From contig NC_087251.1 of the NCBI RefSeq assembly GCF_037042905.1, positions 49,601,358 to 49,665,357 on the forward strand: a stretch of 64,000 nt of DNA. The letters run 5' to 3'. The notes beneath the pieces are model-generated. The model ran no database searches and was not told the origin of the DNA. It worked only from the letters and a program-made list of their open reading frames with translations. Numbering within the stretch: the first letter of the stretch is position 1; every line of letters begins with the position of its first letter. This DNA is from Lytechinus pictus (Eukaryota). Positions 39,801-54,800 of the stretch are shown here, piece by piece. Position numbers and translations under genes: made by a program.

Positions 39801-42800
39801 TCCCCCTCCCCCCTCCCTCTTGAATCCAACACTATTCACTCAAATTTTGAAGTTCTCTGTTCTCCATCCCTTTCCCATGAACCAATTTCACAATTGCAAT
39901 TGATCAAAGCCTATCTTATGTTTAGTATCCTGTAATGGGTGCTTTACACGAATACAGCAGTGCTCGTTGGTATACAAAAGCACACGAAAACATGCAACGC
40001 AGAGGTAACATTAGCCTACACAGCCTAGCCTAGCCTCGCTATACAAACACACATGATCTACTAATCACAATTTGTTACCTGATATACCCCCTCTGTAGCC
40101 TTGAACATAACCATCAAGTTCATTTTTTGGACCTCTTGATGGCTGAAACATGCATACTAGTGAAAATAATTTGCTACTAAAGAGTTTGGGCTGGTGTTTC
40201 ATCCACTAGGGAATTCCCCTTGTAATAGGCCTAGTCTTGGTTGCATTATATGGCACATGAAGGTTTCTTTTTTTATTTAACTTCCTGGCTTTTCTTTAAC
40301 ATCTGTACACTCACTTTATCACAAAGAAATGCATGAAATATACAGATGTGTTATGTAATGACCAATTTTAATGTTACTCCTATAGTCTAGTGCCCTATGG
40401 ATTTACACACATCCTACCTGTCTAGATGGAGCTCGACAATGGATGCAATGTAGGGCCCAACATCCTATAATGCAAAATTGTAGATATGCATAGTGTGCAT
40501 ATCTGGATGCAAGTACTGCCCACAATTATAAATACAAGATTCACACGAGTTAAGTGAGATAACAATAAAAAGAAATGAGAATTAACATACAAGCGTACTA
40601 TACATTCACATCTTCCTATGACAAGGGGTGTAAGAGAGAGATAGGGAGAGAGGGGGGTTAGATGGCTTGTATTCTAAAGGAATGGGGACTAGTCTGGCTA
40701 GAAATAAGTAAAAGTTAGAACAAGATAGCAGTAGCACTCATTCTTAGCCACCCCCCCAGACATACTTACCATGCTTTTCTCCCCCTTCCCCCCCCCCCCT
40801 CCCTCTTGAATCCACCACTATTCAGTCAAATTCTAAAGTTCTCTGTTCTCCATCCCTTTCCCATGAACCAATTTCACAATTGCAATTGATCAAAGCCTAT
40901 CTTATGTTTAGTATCCTGTAATGGGTGCTTTACACGAATACAGCAGTGCTCGTTGGTATACAAAAGCACACGAAAACATGCAACGCAGAGGTAACATTAG
41001 CCTACACAGCCTAGCCTAGCCTCGCTATACAAACACACATGATCTACTAATCACAATTTGTTACCTGATATACCCCCTCTGTAGCCTTGAACATAACCAT
41101 CAAGTTCATTTTTTGGACCTCTTGATGGCTGAAACATGGATACTAGTGAAAATAATTTGCTACTGAAGAGTTTGGGCTGGTGTTTCATCCACTAGGGAAT
41201 TCCCCTTGCAATATAGGCCTAGTCTTGGTTGTATTATATGGCACATGAAGGTTTCTTTTTTTATTTAACTTCCTGGCTTTTCTTTAACATCTGTACACTC
41301 ACTTTATCACAAAGAAATGCATGAAATATACAGATGTGTTATGTAATGACCAATTTTAATGTTACTCCTATAGTCTAGTGCCCTATGGATTTACACACAT
41401 CCTACCTGTCTAGATGGAGCTCGACAATGGATGCAATGTAGGGCCAAACATCCTATAATGCAAAATTGTAGATATGCATAGTGTGCATATCTGGATGCAA
41501 GTACTGCCCACAATTATAAATACCAGATTCACACAAGTTAAATTTGATAACAATAAAAAGAAATGAGAATTAACATACAAGCGTACTATACATTCACATC
41601 TTCCTATGACAAGGGGTGTAAGAGAGAGATAGGGAGAGAGGGGGGTTAGATGGCTTGTATTCTAAAGGAATGGGGACTAGTCTGGCTAGAAATAAGTAAA
41701 AGTTAGAACAAGATAGCAGTAGCACTCATTCTCAGCCACCCCCCCCCCCAGACACACTTACAATGCTTTTCTCCCCCTCCCCCCTCCCTCTTGAATCCAC
41801 CACTATTCACTCAAATTCTGAAGTTCTCTGTTCTCCATCCCTTTCCCATGAACCAATTTCACAATTGCAATTGATCAAAGCCTATCTAATGTTTAGTTTC
41901 CTGTAATGGGTGCTATACACGAATACAGCAGTGCTCGTTGGTATACAAAAGCACACGAAAACATGCAACGCAGAGGTAACATTAGCCTACACAGCCTAGC
42001 CTAGCCTCGGTATACAAACACAGATGATCTACTAATCACAATTTGTTACCTGATATACCCCCTCTGTAGCCTTAAACATAACCATCAAGTTCATTTTTTG
42101 GACCTCTTGATGGCTGAAACATGCATACTAGTGAAAATAATTTGCTACTAAAGAGTTTGGGCTGGTGTTTCATCCACTAGGGAATTCCCCTTGTAATAGG
42201 CCTAGTCTTGGTTGCATTATATGGCACATGAAGGTTTCTTTTTTTATTTAACTTCCTGGCTTTTCTTTAACATCTGTACACTCACTTTATCACAAAGAAA
42301 TGCATGAAATATACAGATGTGTTATGTAATGACCAATTTTAATGTTACTCCTATAGTCTAGTGCCCTATGGATTTACACACATCCTACCTGTCTAGATGG
42401 AGCTCGACAATGGATGCAATGTAGGGCCCAACATCCTATAATGCAAAATTGTAGATATGCATAGTGTGCATATCTGGATGCAAGTACTGCCCACAATTAT
42501 AAATACAAGATTCACACGAGTTAAATGAGATAACAATAAAAAGAAATGAGAATTAACATACAAGCGTACTATACATTCACATCTTCCTATGACAAGGGGT
42601 GTAAGAGAGAGATAGGGAGAGAGGGGGGTTAGATGGCTTGTATTCTAAAGGAATGGGGACTAGTCTGGCTAGAAATAAGTAAAAGTTAGAACAAGATAGC
42701 AGTAGCACTCATTCTCAGCCACCCCCCCCCCCCAGACACACTTACAATGCTTTTCTCCCCCTCCCCCCTCCCTCTTGAATCCACCACTATTCACTCAAAT

Positions 42801-45800
42801 TCTGAAGTTCTCTGTTCTCCATCCCTTTCCCATGAACCAATTTCACAATTGCAATTGATCAAAGCCTATCTTATGTTTAGTATCCTGTAATGGGTGCTTT
42901 ACACGAATACAGCAGTGCTCGTTGGTATACAAAAGCACACGAAAACATGCAACGCAGAGGTAACATTAGCCTACACAGCCTAGCCTAGCCTCGCTATACA
43001 AACACACATGATCTACTAATCACAAATTTGTTACCTGATATACCCCCTCTGTAGCCTTGAACATAACCATCAAGTTCAGTTTTTGGACCTCTTGATGGCT
43101 GAAACATGAATACTAGTGAAAATAATTTGCTACTAAAGAGTTTGGGCTGGTGTTTCATCCACTAGGGAATTCCCCTTGTAATAGGCCTAGTCTTGGTTGC
43201 ATTATATGGCACATGAAGGTTTCTTTTTTTATTTAACTTCCTGGCTTTTCTTTAACATCTGTACACTCACTTTATCACAAAGAAATGCATGAAATATACA
43301 GATGTGTTATGTAATGACCAATTTTAATGTTACTCCTATAGTCTAGTGCCCTATGGATTTACACACATCCTACCTGTCTAGATGGAGCTCGACAATGGAT
43401 GCAATGTAGGGCCCAACATCCTATAATGCAAAATTGTAGATATGCATAGTGTGCATATCTGGATGCAAGTACTGCCCACAATTATAAATACAAGATTCAC
43501 ACGAGTCAAATGAGATAACAATAAAAAGAAATGAGAATTAACATACAAGCGTACTATACATTCACATCTTCCTATGACAAGGGGTGTAAGAGAGAGATAG
43601 GGAGAGAAGGGGGTAAGATGGCTTGTATTCTAAAGGAATGGGGACTAGTCTGGCTAGAAATAAGTAAAAGTTAGAACAAGATAGCAGTAGCACTCATTCT
43701 CAGCCACCCCCCCCCCCCAGACATACTTACCATGCTTTTCTCCCCCTCCCCCCCCCCTCCCTCTTGAATCCACCACTATTCAGTCAAATTCTAAAGTTCT
43801 CTGTTCTCCATCCCTTTCCCATGAACCAATTTCACAATTGCAATTGATCAAAGCCTATCTTATGTTTAGTATCCTGTAATGGGTGCTTTACACGAATACA
43901 GCAGTGCTCGTTTGTATACAAAAGCACACGAAAACATGCAACGCAGAGGTAACATTAGCCTACACAGCCTAGCCTAGCCTCGCTATACAAACACACATGA
44001 TCTACTAATCACAATTTGTTACCTGATATACCCCCTCTGTAGCCTTGAACATAACCATCAAGTTCATTTTTTGGACCTCTTGATGGCTGAAACATGCATA
44101 CTAGTGAAAATAATTTGCTACTGAAGAGTTTGGGCTGGTGTTTCATCCACTAGGGAATTCCCCTTGCAATATAGGCCTAGTCTTGGTTGTATTATATGGC
44201 ACATGAAGGTTTCTTTTTTTATTTAACTTCCTGGCTTTTCTTTAACATCTGTACACTCACTTTATCACAAAGAAATGCATGAAATATACAGATGTGTTAT
44301 GTAATGACCAATTTTAATGTTACTCCTATAGTCTAGTGCCCTATGGATTTACACACATCCTACCTGTCTAGATGGAGCTCGACAATGGATGCAATGTAGG
44401 GCCAAACATCCTATAATGCAAAATTGTAGATATGCATAGTGTGCATATCTGGATGCAAGTACTGCCCACAATTATAAATACCAGATTCACACGAGTTAAA
44501 TTTGATAAAAATAAAAAGAAATGAGAATTAACATACAAGCGTACTATACATTCACATCTTCCTATGACAAGGGGTGTAAGAGAGAGATAGGGAGAGAGGG
44601 GGGTTAGATGGCTTGTATTCTAAAGGAATGGGGACTAGTCTGGCTAGAAATAAGTAAAAGTTAGAACAAGATAGCAGTAGCACTCATTCTCAGCCACCCC
44701 CCCCCCCCCAAACACACTTACAATGCTTTTCTCCCCCTCCCCCCTCCCTCTTGAATCCACCACTATTCACTCAAATTCTGAAGTTCTCTGTTCTCCATCC
44801 CTTTCCCATGAACCAATTTCACAATTGCAATTGATCAAAGCCTATCTAATGTTTAGTTTCCTGTAATGGGTGCTATACACGAATACAGCAGTGCTCGTTG
44901 GTATACAAAAGCACACGAAAACATGCAACGCAGAGGTAACATTAGCCTACACAGCCTAGCCTAGCCTCGGTATACAAACACAGATGATCTACTAATCACA
45001 ATTAGTTACCTGATATACCCCCTCTGTAGCCTTGAACATAACCATCAAGTTCAGTTTTTGGACCTCTTGATGGCTGAAACATGCATACTAGTGAAAATAA
45101 TTTGCAACTAAAGAGTTTGGGCTGGTGTTTCATCCACTAGGGAATTCCCCTTGTAATAGGCCTAGTCTTGGTTGCATTATATGGCACATGAAGGTTTCTT
45201 TTTTTATTTAACTTCCTGGCTTTTCTTTAACATCTGTACACTCACTTTATCACAAAGAAATGCATGAAATATACAGATGTGTTATGTAATGACCAATTTT
45301 AATGTTACTCCTATAGTCTAGTGCCCTATGGATTTACACACATCCTACCTGTCTAGATGGAGCTCGACAATGGATGCAATGTAGGGCCCAACATCCTATA
45401 ATGCAAAATTGTAGATATGCATAGTGTGCATATCTGGATGCAAGTACTGTCCACAATTATAAATACAAGATGCACACGAGTTAAATGAGATAACAATAAA
45501 AAGAAATGAAAATTAACATACAAGCGTACTATACATTCACATCTTCCTATGACAAGGGGTGTAAGAGAGAGATAGGGAGAGAAGGGGGTTAGATGGCTTG
45601 TATTCTAAAGGAATGGGGACTAGTCTGGCTAGAAATAAGTAAAAGTTAGAACAAGATAGCAGTAGCACTCATTCTCAGCCACCCCCCCCAGACATACTTA
45701 CCATGCTTTTCTCCCCCTCCCCCCCCCCCCCTCCCTCTTGAATCCACCACTATTCAGTCAAATTCTAAAGTTCTCTGTTCTCCATCCCTTTCCCATGAAC

Positions 45801-48800
45801 CAATTTCACAATTGCAATTGATCAAAGCCTATCTTATGTTTAGTATCCTGTAATGGGTGCTTTACACGAATACAGCAGTGCTCGTTTGTATACAAAAGCA
45901 CACGAAAACATGCAACGCAGAGGTAACATTAGCCTACACAGCCTAGCCTAGCCTCGCTATACAAACACACATGATCTACTAATCACAATTTGTTACCTGA
46001 TATACCCCCTCTGTAGCCTTGAACATAACCATCAAGTTCATTTTTTGGACCTCTTGATGGCTGAAACATGCATACTAGTGAAAATAATTTGCTACTGAAG
46101 AGTTTGGGCTGGTGTTTCATCCACTAGGGAATTCCCCTTGCAATATAGAACTAGTCTTGGTTGTATTATATGGCACATGAAGGTTTCTTTTTTTATTTAA
46201 CTTCCTGGCTTTTCTTTAACATCTGTACACTCACTTTATCACAAAGAAATGCATGAAATATACAGATGTGTTATGTAATGACCAATTTTAATGTTACTCC
46301 TATAGTCTAGTGCCCTATGGATTTACACACATCCTACCTGTCTAGATGGAGCTCGACAATGGATGCAATGTAGGGCCAAACATCCTATAATGCAAAATTG
46401 TAGATATGCATAGTGTGCATATCTGGATGCAAGTACTGCCCACAATTATAAATACCAGATTCACACGAGTTAAATTTGATAACAATAAAAAGAAATGAGA
46501 ATTAACATACAAGCGTACTATACATTCACATCTTCCTATGACAAGGGGTGTAAGAGAGAGATAGGGAGAGAGGGGGGTTAGATGGCTTGTATTCTAAAGG
46601 AATGGGGACTAGTCTGGCTAGAAATAAGTAAAAGTTAGAACAAGATAGCAGTAGCACTTATTCTCAGCCACCCCCCCCCCCAGACACACTTACAATGCTT
46701 TTCTCCCCCTCCCCCCTCCCTCTTGAATCCACCACTATTCACTCAAATTCTGAAGTTCTCTGTTCTCCATCCCTTTCCCATGAACCAATTTCACAATTGC
46801 AATTGATCAAAGCCTATCTAATGTTTAGTTTCCTGTAATGGGTGCTATACACGAATACAGCAGTGCTCGTTGGTATACAAAAGCACACGAAAACATGCAA
46901 CGCAGAGGTAACATTAGCCTACACAGCCTAGCCTAGCCTCGGTATACAAACACAGATGATCTACTAATCACAATTAGTTACCTGATATACCCCCTTTGTA
47001 GCCTTGAACATAACCATCAAGTTCAGTTTTTGGACCTCTTGATGGCTGAAACATGAATACTAGTGAAAATAATTTGCTACTAAAGAGTTTGGGCTGGTGT
47101 TTCATCCACTAGGGAATTCCCCTTGTAATAGGCCTAGTCTTGGTTGCATTATATGGCACATGAAGGTTTCTTTTTTTATTTAACTTCCTGGCTTTTCTTT
47201 AACATCTGTACACTCACTTTATCACAAAGAAATGCATGAAATATACAGATGTGTTATGTAATGACCAATTTTAATGTTACTCCTATAGTCTAGTGCCCTA
47301 TGGATTTACACACATCCTACCTGTCTAGATGGAGCTCGACAATGGATGCAATGTAGGGCCCAACATCCTATAATGCAAAATTGTAGATATGCATAGTGTG
47401 CATATCTGGATGCAAGTACTGCCCACAATTATAAATACAAGATTCACACGAGTTAAATGAGATAACAATAAAAAGAAATGAGAATTAACATACAAGCGTA
47501 CTATACATTCACATCTTCCTATGACAAGGGGTGTAAGAGAGAGATAGGGAGAGAAGGGGGTTAGATGGCTTGTATTCTAAAGGAATGGGGACTAGTCTGG
47601 CTAGAAATAAGTAAAAGTTAGAACAAGATAGCAGTAGCACTCATTCTCAGCCACCCCCCCCCCCCAGACATACTTACCATGCTTTTCTCCCCCTCCCCCC
47701 CCCCCTCCCTCTTGAATCCACCACTATTCAGTCAAATTCTAAAGTTCTCTGTTCTCCATCCCTTTCCCATGAACCAATTTCACAATTGCAATTGATCAAA
47801 GCCTATCTTATGTTTAGTATCCTGTAATGGGTGCTTTACACGAATACAGCAGTGCTCGTTTGTATACAAAAGCACACGAAAACATGCAACGCAGAGGTAA
47901 CATTAGCCTACACAGCCTAGCCTAGCCTCGCTATACAAACACACATGATCTACTAATCACAATTTGTTACCTGATATACCCCCTCTGTAGCCTTGAACAT
48001 AACCATCAAGTTCATTTTTTGGACCTCTTGATGGCTGAAACATGCATACTAGTGAAAATAATTTGCTACTGAAGAGTTTGGGCTGGTGTTTCATCCACTA
48101 GGGAATTCCCCTTGCAATATAGGCCTAGTCTTGGTTGTATTATATGGCACATGAAGGTTTCTTTTTTTATTTAACTTCCTGGCTTTTCTTTAACATCTGT
48201 ACACTCACTTTATCACAAAGAAATGCATGAAATATACAGATGTGTTATGTAATGACCAATTTTAATGTTACTCCTATAGTCTAGTGCCCTATGGATTTAC
48301 ACACATCCTACCTGTCTAGATGGAGCTCGACAATGGATGCAATGTAGGGCCAAACATCCTATAATGCAAAATTGTAGATATGCATAGTGTGCATATCTGG
48401 ATGCAAGTACTGCCCACAATTATAAATACCAGATTCACACGAGTTAAATTTGATAACAATAAAAAGAAATGAGAATTAACATACAAGCGTACTATACATT
48501 CACATCTTCCTATGACAAGGGGTGTAAGAGAGAGATAGGGAGAGAGGGGGGTTAGATGGCTTGTATTCTAAAGGAATGGGGACTAGTCTGGCTAGAAATA
48601 AGTAAAAGTTAGAACAAGATAGCAGTAGCACTTATTCTCAGCCACCCCCCCCCCAGACACACTTACAATGCTTTTCTCCCCCTCCCCCCTCCCTCTTGAA
48701 TCCACCACTATTCACTCAAATTCTGAAGTTCTCTGTTCTCCATCCCTTTCCCATGAACCAATTTCACAATTGCAATTGATCAAAGCCTATCTAATGTTTA

Positions 48801-51800
48801 GTATCCTGTAATGGGTGCTTTACACGAATACAGCAGTGCTCGTTGGTATACAAAAGCACACGAAAACATGCAACGCAGAGGTAACATTAGCCTACACAGC
48901 CTAGCCTAGCCTCGCTATACAAACACACATGATCTACTAATCACAATTTGTTACCTGATATACCCCCTCTGTAGCCTTAAACATAACCATCAAGTTCATT
49001 TTTTGGACCTCTTGATGGCTGAAACATGCATACTAGTGAAAATAATTTGCTACTAAAGAGTTTGGGCTGGTGTTTCATCCACTAGGGAATTCCCCTTGTA
49101 ATAGGCCTAGTCTTGGTTGCATTATATGGCACATGAAGGTTTCTTTTTTTATTTAACTTCCTGGCTTTTCTTTAACATCTGTACACTCACTTTATCACAA
49201 AGAAATGCATGAAATATACAGATGTGTTATGTAATGACCAATTTTAATGTTACTCCTATAGTCTAGTGCCCTATGGATTTACACACATCCTACCTGTCTA
49301 GATGGAGCTCGACAATGGATGCAATGTAGGGCCCAACATCCTATAATGCAAAATTGTAGATATGCATAGTGTGCATATCTGGATGCAAGTACTGCCCACA
49401 ATTATAAATACAAGATTCACACGAGTTAAATGAGATAACAATAAAAAGAAATGAGAATTAACATACAAGCGTACTATACATTCACATCTTCCTATGACAA
49501 TGGGTGTAAGAGAGAGATAGGGAGAGAGGGGGGTTAGATGGCTTGTATTCTAAAGGAATGGGGACTAGTCTGGCTAGAAATAAGTAAAAGTTAGAACAAG
49601 ATAGCAGTAGCACTCATTCTCAGCCACCCCCCCCCCCAGACACACTTACAATGCTTTTCTCCCCCTCCCCCCTCCCTCTTGAATCCACCACTATTCACTC
49701 AAATTCTGAAGTTCTCTGTTCTCCATCCCTTTCCCATGAACCAATTTCACAATTGCAATTGATCAAAGCCTATCTTATGTTTAGTATCCTGTAATGGGTG
49801 CTTTACACGAATACAGCAGTGCTCGTTGGTATACAAAAGCACACGAAAACATGCAACGCAGAGGTAACATTAGCCTACACAGCCTAGCCTAGCCTCGCTA
49901 TACAAACACACATGATCTACTAATCACAATTTGTTACCTGATATACCCCCTCTGTAGCCTTGAACATAACCATCAAGTTCATTTTTTGGACCTCTTGATG
50001 GCTGAAACATGCATACTAGTGAAAATAATTTGCTACTAAAGAGTTTGGGCTGGTGTTTCATCCACTAGGGAATTCCCCTTGTAATAGGCCTAGTCTTGGT
50101 TGCATTATATGGCACATGAAGGTTTCTTTTTTTATTTAACTTCCTGGCTTTTCTTTAACATCTGTACACTCACTTTATCACAAAGAAATGCATGAAATAT
50201 ACAGATGTGTTATGTAATGACCAATTTTAATGTTACTCCTATAGTCTAGTGCCCTATGGATTTACACACATCCTACCTGTCTAGATGGAGCTCGACAATG
50301 GATGCAATGTAGGGCCCAACATCCAATAATGCAAAATTGTAGATATGCATAGTGTGCATATCTGGATGCAAGTACTGCCCACAATTATAAATACAAGATT
50401 CACACGAGTTAAATGAGATAACAATAAAAAGAAATGAGAATTAACATACAAGCGTACTATACATTCACATCTTCCTATGACAAGGGGTGTAAGAGAGAGA
50501 TAGGGAGAGAGGGGGGTTAGATGGCTTGTATTCTAAAGGAATGGGGACTAGTCTGGCTAGAAATAAGTAAAAGTTAGAACAAGATAGCAGTAGCACTCAT
50601 TCTCAGCCACCCCCCCCCCCAGACACACTTACAATGCTTTTCTCCCCCTCCCCCCTCCCTCTTGAATCCACCACTATTCACTCAAATTCTGAAGTTCTCT
50701 GTTCTCCATCCCTTTCCCATGAACCAATTTCACAATTGCAATTGATCAAAGCCTATCTTATGTTTAGTATCCTGTAATGGGTGCTTTACACGAATACAGC
50801 AGTGCTCGTTGGTATACAAAAGCACACGAAAACATGCAACGCAGAGGTAACATTAGCCTACACAGCCTAGCCTAGCCTCGCTATACAAACACACATGATC
50901 TACTAATCACAATTTGTTACCTGATATACCCCCTCTGTAGCCTTAAACATAACCATCAAGTTCATTTTTTGGACCTCTTGATGGCTGAAACATGCATACT
51001 AGTGAAAATAATTTGCTACTAAAGAGTTTGGGCTGGTGTTTCATCCACTAGGGAATTCCCCTTGTAATAGGCCTAGTCTTGGTTGCATTATATGGCACAT
51101 GAAGGTTTCTTTTTTTATTTAACTTCCTGGCTTTTCTTTAACATCTGTACACTCACTTTATCACAAAGAAATGCATGAAATATACAGATGTGTTATGTAA
51201 TGACCAATTTTAATGTTACTCCTATAGTCTAGTGCCCTATGGATTTACACACATCCTACCTGTCTAGATGGAGCTCGACAATGGATGCAATGTAGGGCCC
51301 AACATCCTATAATGCAAAATTGTAGATATGCATAGTGTGCATATCTGGATGCAAGTACTGCCCACAATTATAAATACAAGATTCACACGAGTTAAATGAG
51401 ATAACAATAAAAAGAAATGAGAATTAACATACAAGCGTACTATACATTCACATCTTCCTATGACAAGGGGTGTAAGAGAGAGATAGGGAGAGAGGGGGGT
51501 TAGATGGCTTGTATTCTAAAGGAATGGGGACTAGTCTGGCTAGAAATAAGTAAAAGTTAGAACAAGATAGCAGTAGCACTCATTCTCAGCCACCCCCCCC
51601 CCCCAGACACACTTACAATGCTTTTCTCCCCCTCCCCCCTCCCTCTTGAATCCACCACTATTCACTCAAATTCTGAAGTTCTCTGTTCTCCATCCCTTTC
51701 CCATGAACCAATTTCACAATTGCAATTGATCAAAGCCTATCTTATGTTTAGTATCCTGTAATGGGTGCTTTACACGAATACAGCAGTGCTCGTTGGTATA

Positions 51801-54800
51801 CAAAAGCACACGAAAACATGCAACGCAGAGGTAACATTAGCCTACACAGCCTAGCCTAGCCTCGCTATACAAACACACATGATCTACTAATCACAATTTG
51901 TTACCTGATATACCCCCTCTGTAGCCTTGAACATAACCATCAAGTTCATTTTTTGGACCTCTTGATGGCTGAAACATGCATACTAGTGAAAATAATTTGC
52001 TACTAAAGAGTTTGGGCTGGTGTTTCATCCACTAGGGAATTCCCCTTGTAATAGGCCTAGTCTTGGTTGCATTATATGGCACATGAAGGTTTCTTTTTTT
52101 ATTTAACTTCCTGGCTTTTCTTTAACATCTGTACACTCACTTTATCACAAAGAAATGCATGAAATATACAGATGTGTTATGTAATGACCAATTTTAATGT
52201 TACTCCTATAGTCTAGTGCCCTATGGATTTACACACATCCTACCTGTCTAGATGGAGCTCGACAATGGATGCAATGTAGGGCCCAACATCCTATAATGCA
52301 AAATTGTAGATATGCATAGTGTGCATATCTGGATGCAAGTACTGCCCACAATTATAAATACAAGATTCACACGAGTTAAATGAGATAACAATAAAAAGAA
52401 ATGAGAATTAACATACAAGCGTACTATACATTCACATCTTCCTATGACAAGGGGTGTAAGAGAGAGATAGGGAGAGAGGGGGGTTAGATGGCTTGTATTC
52501 TAAAGGAATGGGGACTAGTCTGGCTAGAAATAAGTAAAAGTTAGAACAAGATAGCAGTAGCACTCATTCTTAGCCACCCCCCCAGACATACTTACCATGC
52601 TTTTCTCCCCCTTCCCCCCCCCCTCCCTCTTGAATCCACCACTATTCAGTCAAATTCTAAAGTTCTCTGTTCTCCATCCCTTTCCCATGAACCAATTTCA
52701 CAATTGCAATTGATCAAAGCCTATCTTATGTTTAGTATCCTGTAATGGGTGCTTTACACGAATACAGCAGTGCTCGTTGGTATACAAAAGCACACGAAAA
52801 CATGCAACGCAGAGGTAACATTAGCCTACACAGCCTAGCCTAGCCTCGCTATACAAACACACATGATCTACTAATCACAATTTGTTACCTGATATACCCC
52901 CTCTGTAGCCTTGAACATAACCATCAAGTTCATTTTTTGGACCTCTTGATGGCTGAAACATGGATACTAGTGAAAATAATTTGCTACTGAAGAGTTTGGG
53001 CTGGTGTTTCATCCACTAGGGAATTCCCCTTGCAATATAGGCCTAGTCTTGGTTGTATTATATGGCAAATGAAGGTTTCTTTTTTTATTTAACTTCCTGG
53101 CTTTTCTTTAACATCTGTACACTCACTTTATCACAAAGAAATGCATGAAATATACAGATGTGTTATGTAATGACCAATTTTAATGTTACTCCTATAGTCT
53201 AGTGCCCTATGGATTTACACACATCCTACCTGTCTAGATGGAGCTCGACAATGGATGCAATGTAGGGCCCAACATCCTATAATGCAAAATTGTAGATATG
53301 CATAGTGTGCATATCTGGATGCAAGTACTGCCCACAATTATAAATACCAGATTCACACGAGTTAAATTTGATAACAATAAAAAGAAATGAGAATTAACAT
53401 ACAAGCGTACTATACATTCACATCTTCCTATGACAAGGGGTGTAAGAGAGAGATAGGGAGAGAGGGGGGTTAGATGGCTTGTATTCTAAAGGAATGGGGA
53501 CTAGTCTGGCTAGAAATAAGTAAAAGTTAGAACAAGATAGCAGTAGCACTCATTCTCAGCCACCCCCCCCCCCAGACACACTTACAATGCTTTTCTCCCC
53601 CTCCCCCCTCCCTCTTGAATCCACCACTATTCACTCAAATTCTGAAGTTCTCTGTTCTCCATCCCTTTCCCATGAACCAATTTCACAATTGCAATTGATC
53701 AAAGCCTATCTAATGTTTAGTTTCCTGTAATGGGTGCTATACACGAATACAGCAGTGCTCGTTGGTATACAAAAGCACACGAAAACATGCAACGCAGAGG
53801 TAACATTAGCCTACACAGCCTAGCCTAGCCTCGGTATACAAACACAGATGATCTACTAATCACAATTTGTTACCTGATATACCCCCTCTGTAGCCTTAAA
53901 CATAACCATCAAGTTCATTTTTTGGACCTCTTGATGGCTGAAACATGCATACTAGTGAAAATAATTTGCTACTAAAGAGTTTGGGCTGGTGTTTCATCCA
54001 CTAGGGAATTCCCCTTGTAATAGGCCTAGTCTTGGTTGCATTATATGGCACACGAAGGTTTCTTTTTTTATTTAACTTCCTGGCTTTTCTTTAACATCTG
54101 TACACTCACTTTATCACAAAGAAATGCATGAAATATACAGATGTGTTATGTAATGACCAATTTTAATGTTACTCCTATAGTCTAGTGCCCTATGGATTTA
54201 CACACATCCTACCTGTCTAGATGGAGCTCGACAATGGATGCAATGTAGGGCCCAACATCCTATAATGCAAAATTGTAGATATGCATAGTGTGCATATCTG
54301 GATGCAAGTACTGCCCACAATTATAAATACAAGATTCACACGAGTTAAATGAGATAACAATAAAAAGAAATGAGAATTAACATACAAGCGTACTATACAT
54401 TCACATCTTCCTATGACAAGGGGTGTAAGAGAGAGATAGGGAGAGAGGGGGGTTAGATGGCTTGTATTCTAAAGGAATGGGGACTAGTCTGGCTAGAAAT
54501 AAGTAAAAGTTAGAACAAGATAGCAGTAGCACTCATTCTCAGCCACCCCCCCCCCAGACACACTTACAATGCTTTTCTCCCCCTCCCCCCTCCCTCTTGA
54601 ATCCAACACTATTCACTCAAATTTTGAAGTTCTCTGTTCTCCATCCCTTTCCCATGAACCAATTTCACAATTGCAATTGATCAAAGCCTATCTTATGTTT
54701 AGTATCCTGTAATGGGTGCTTTACACGAATACAGCAGTGCTCGTTGGTATACAAAAGCACACGAAAACATGCAACGCAGAGGTAACATTAGCCTACACAG

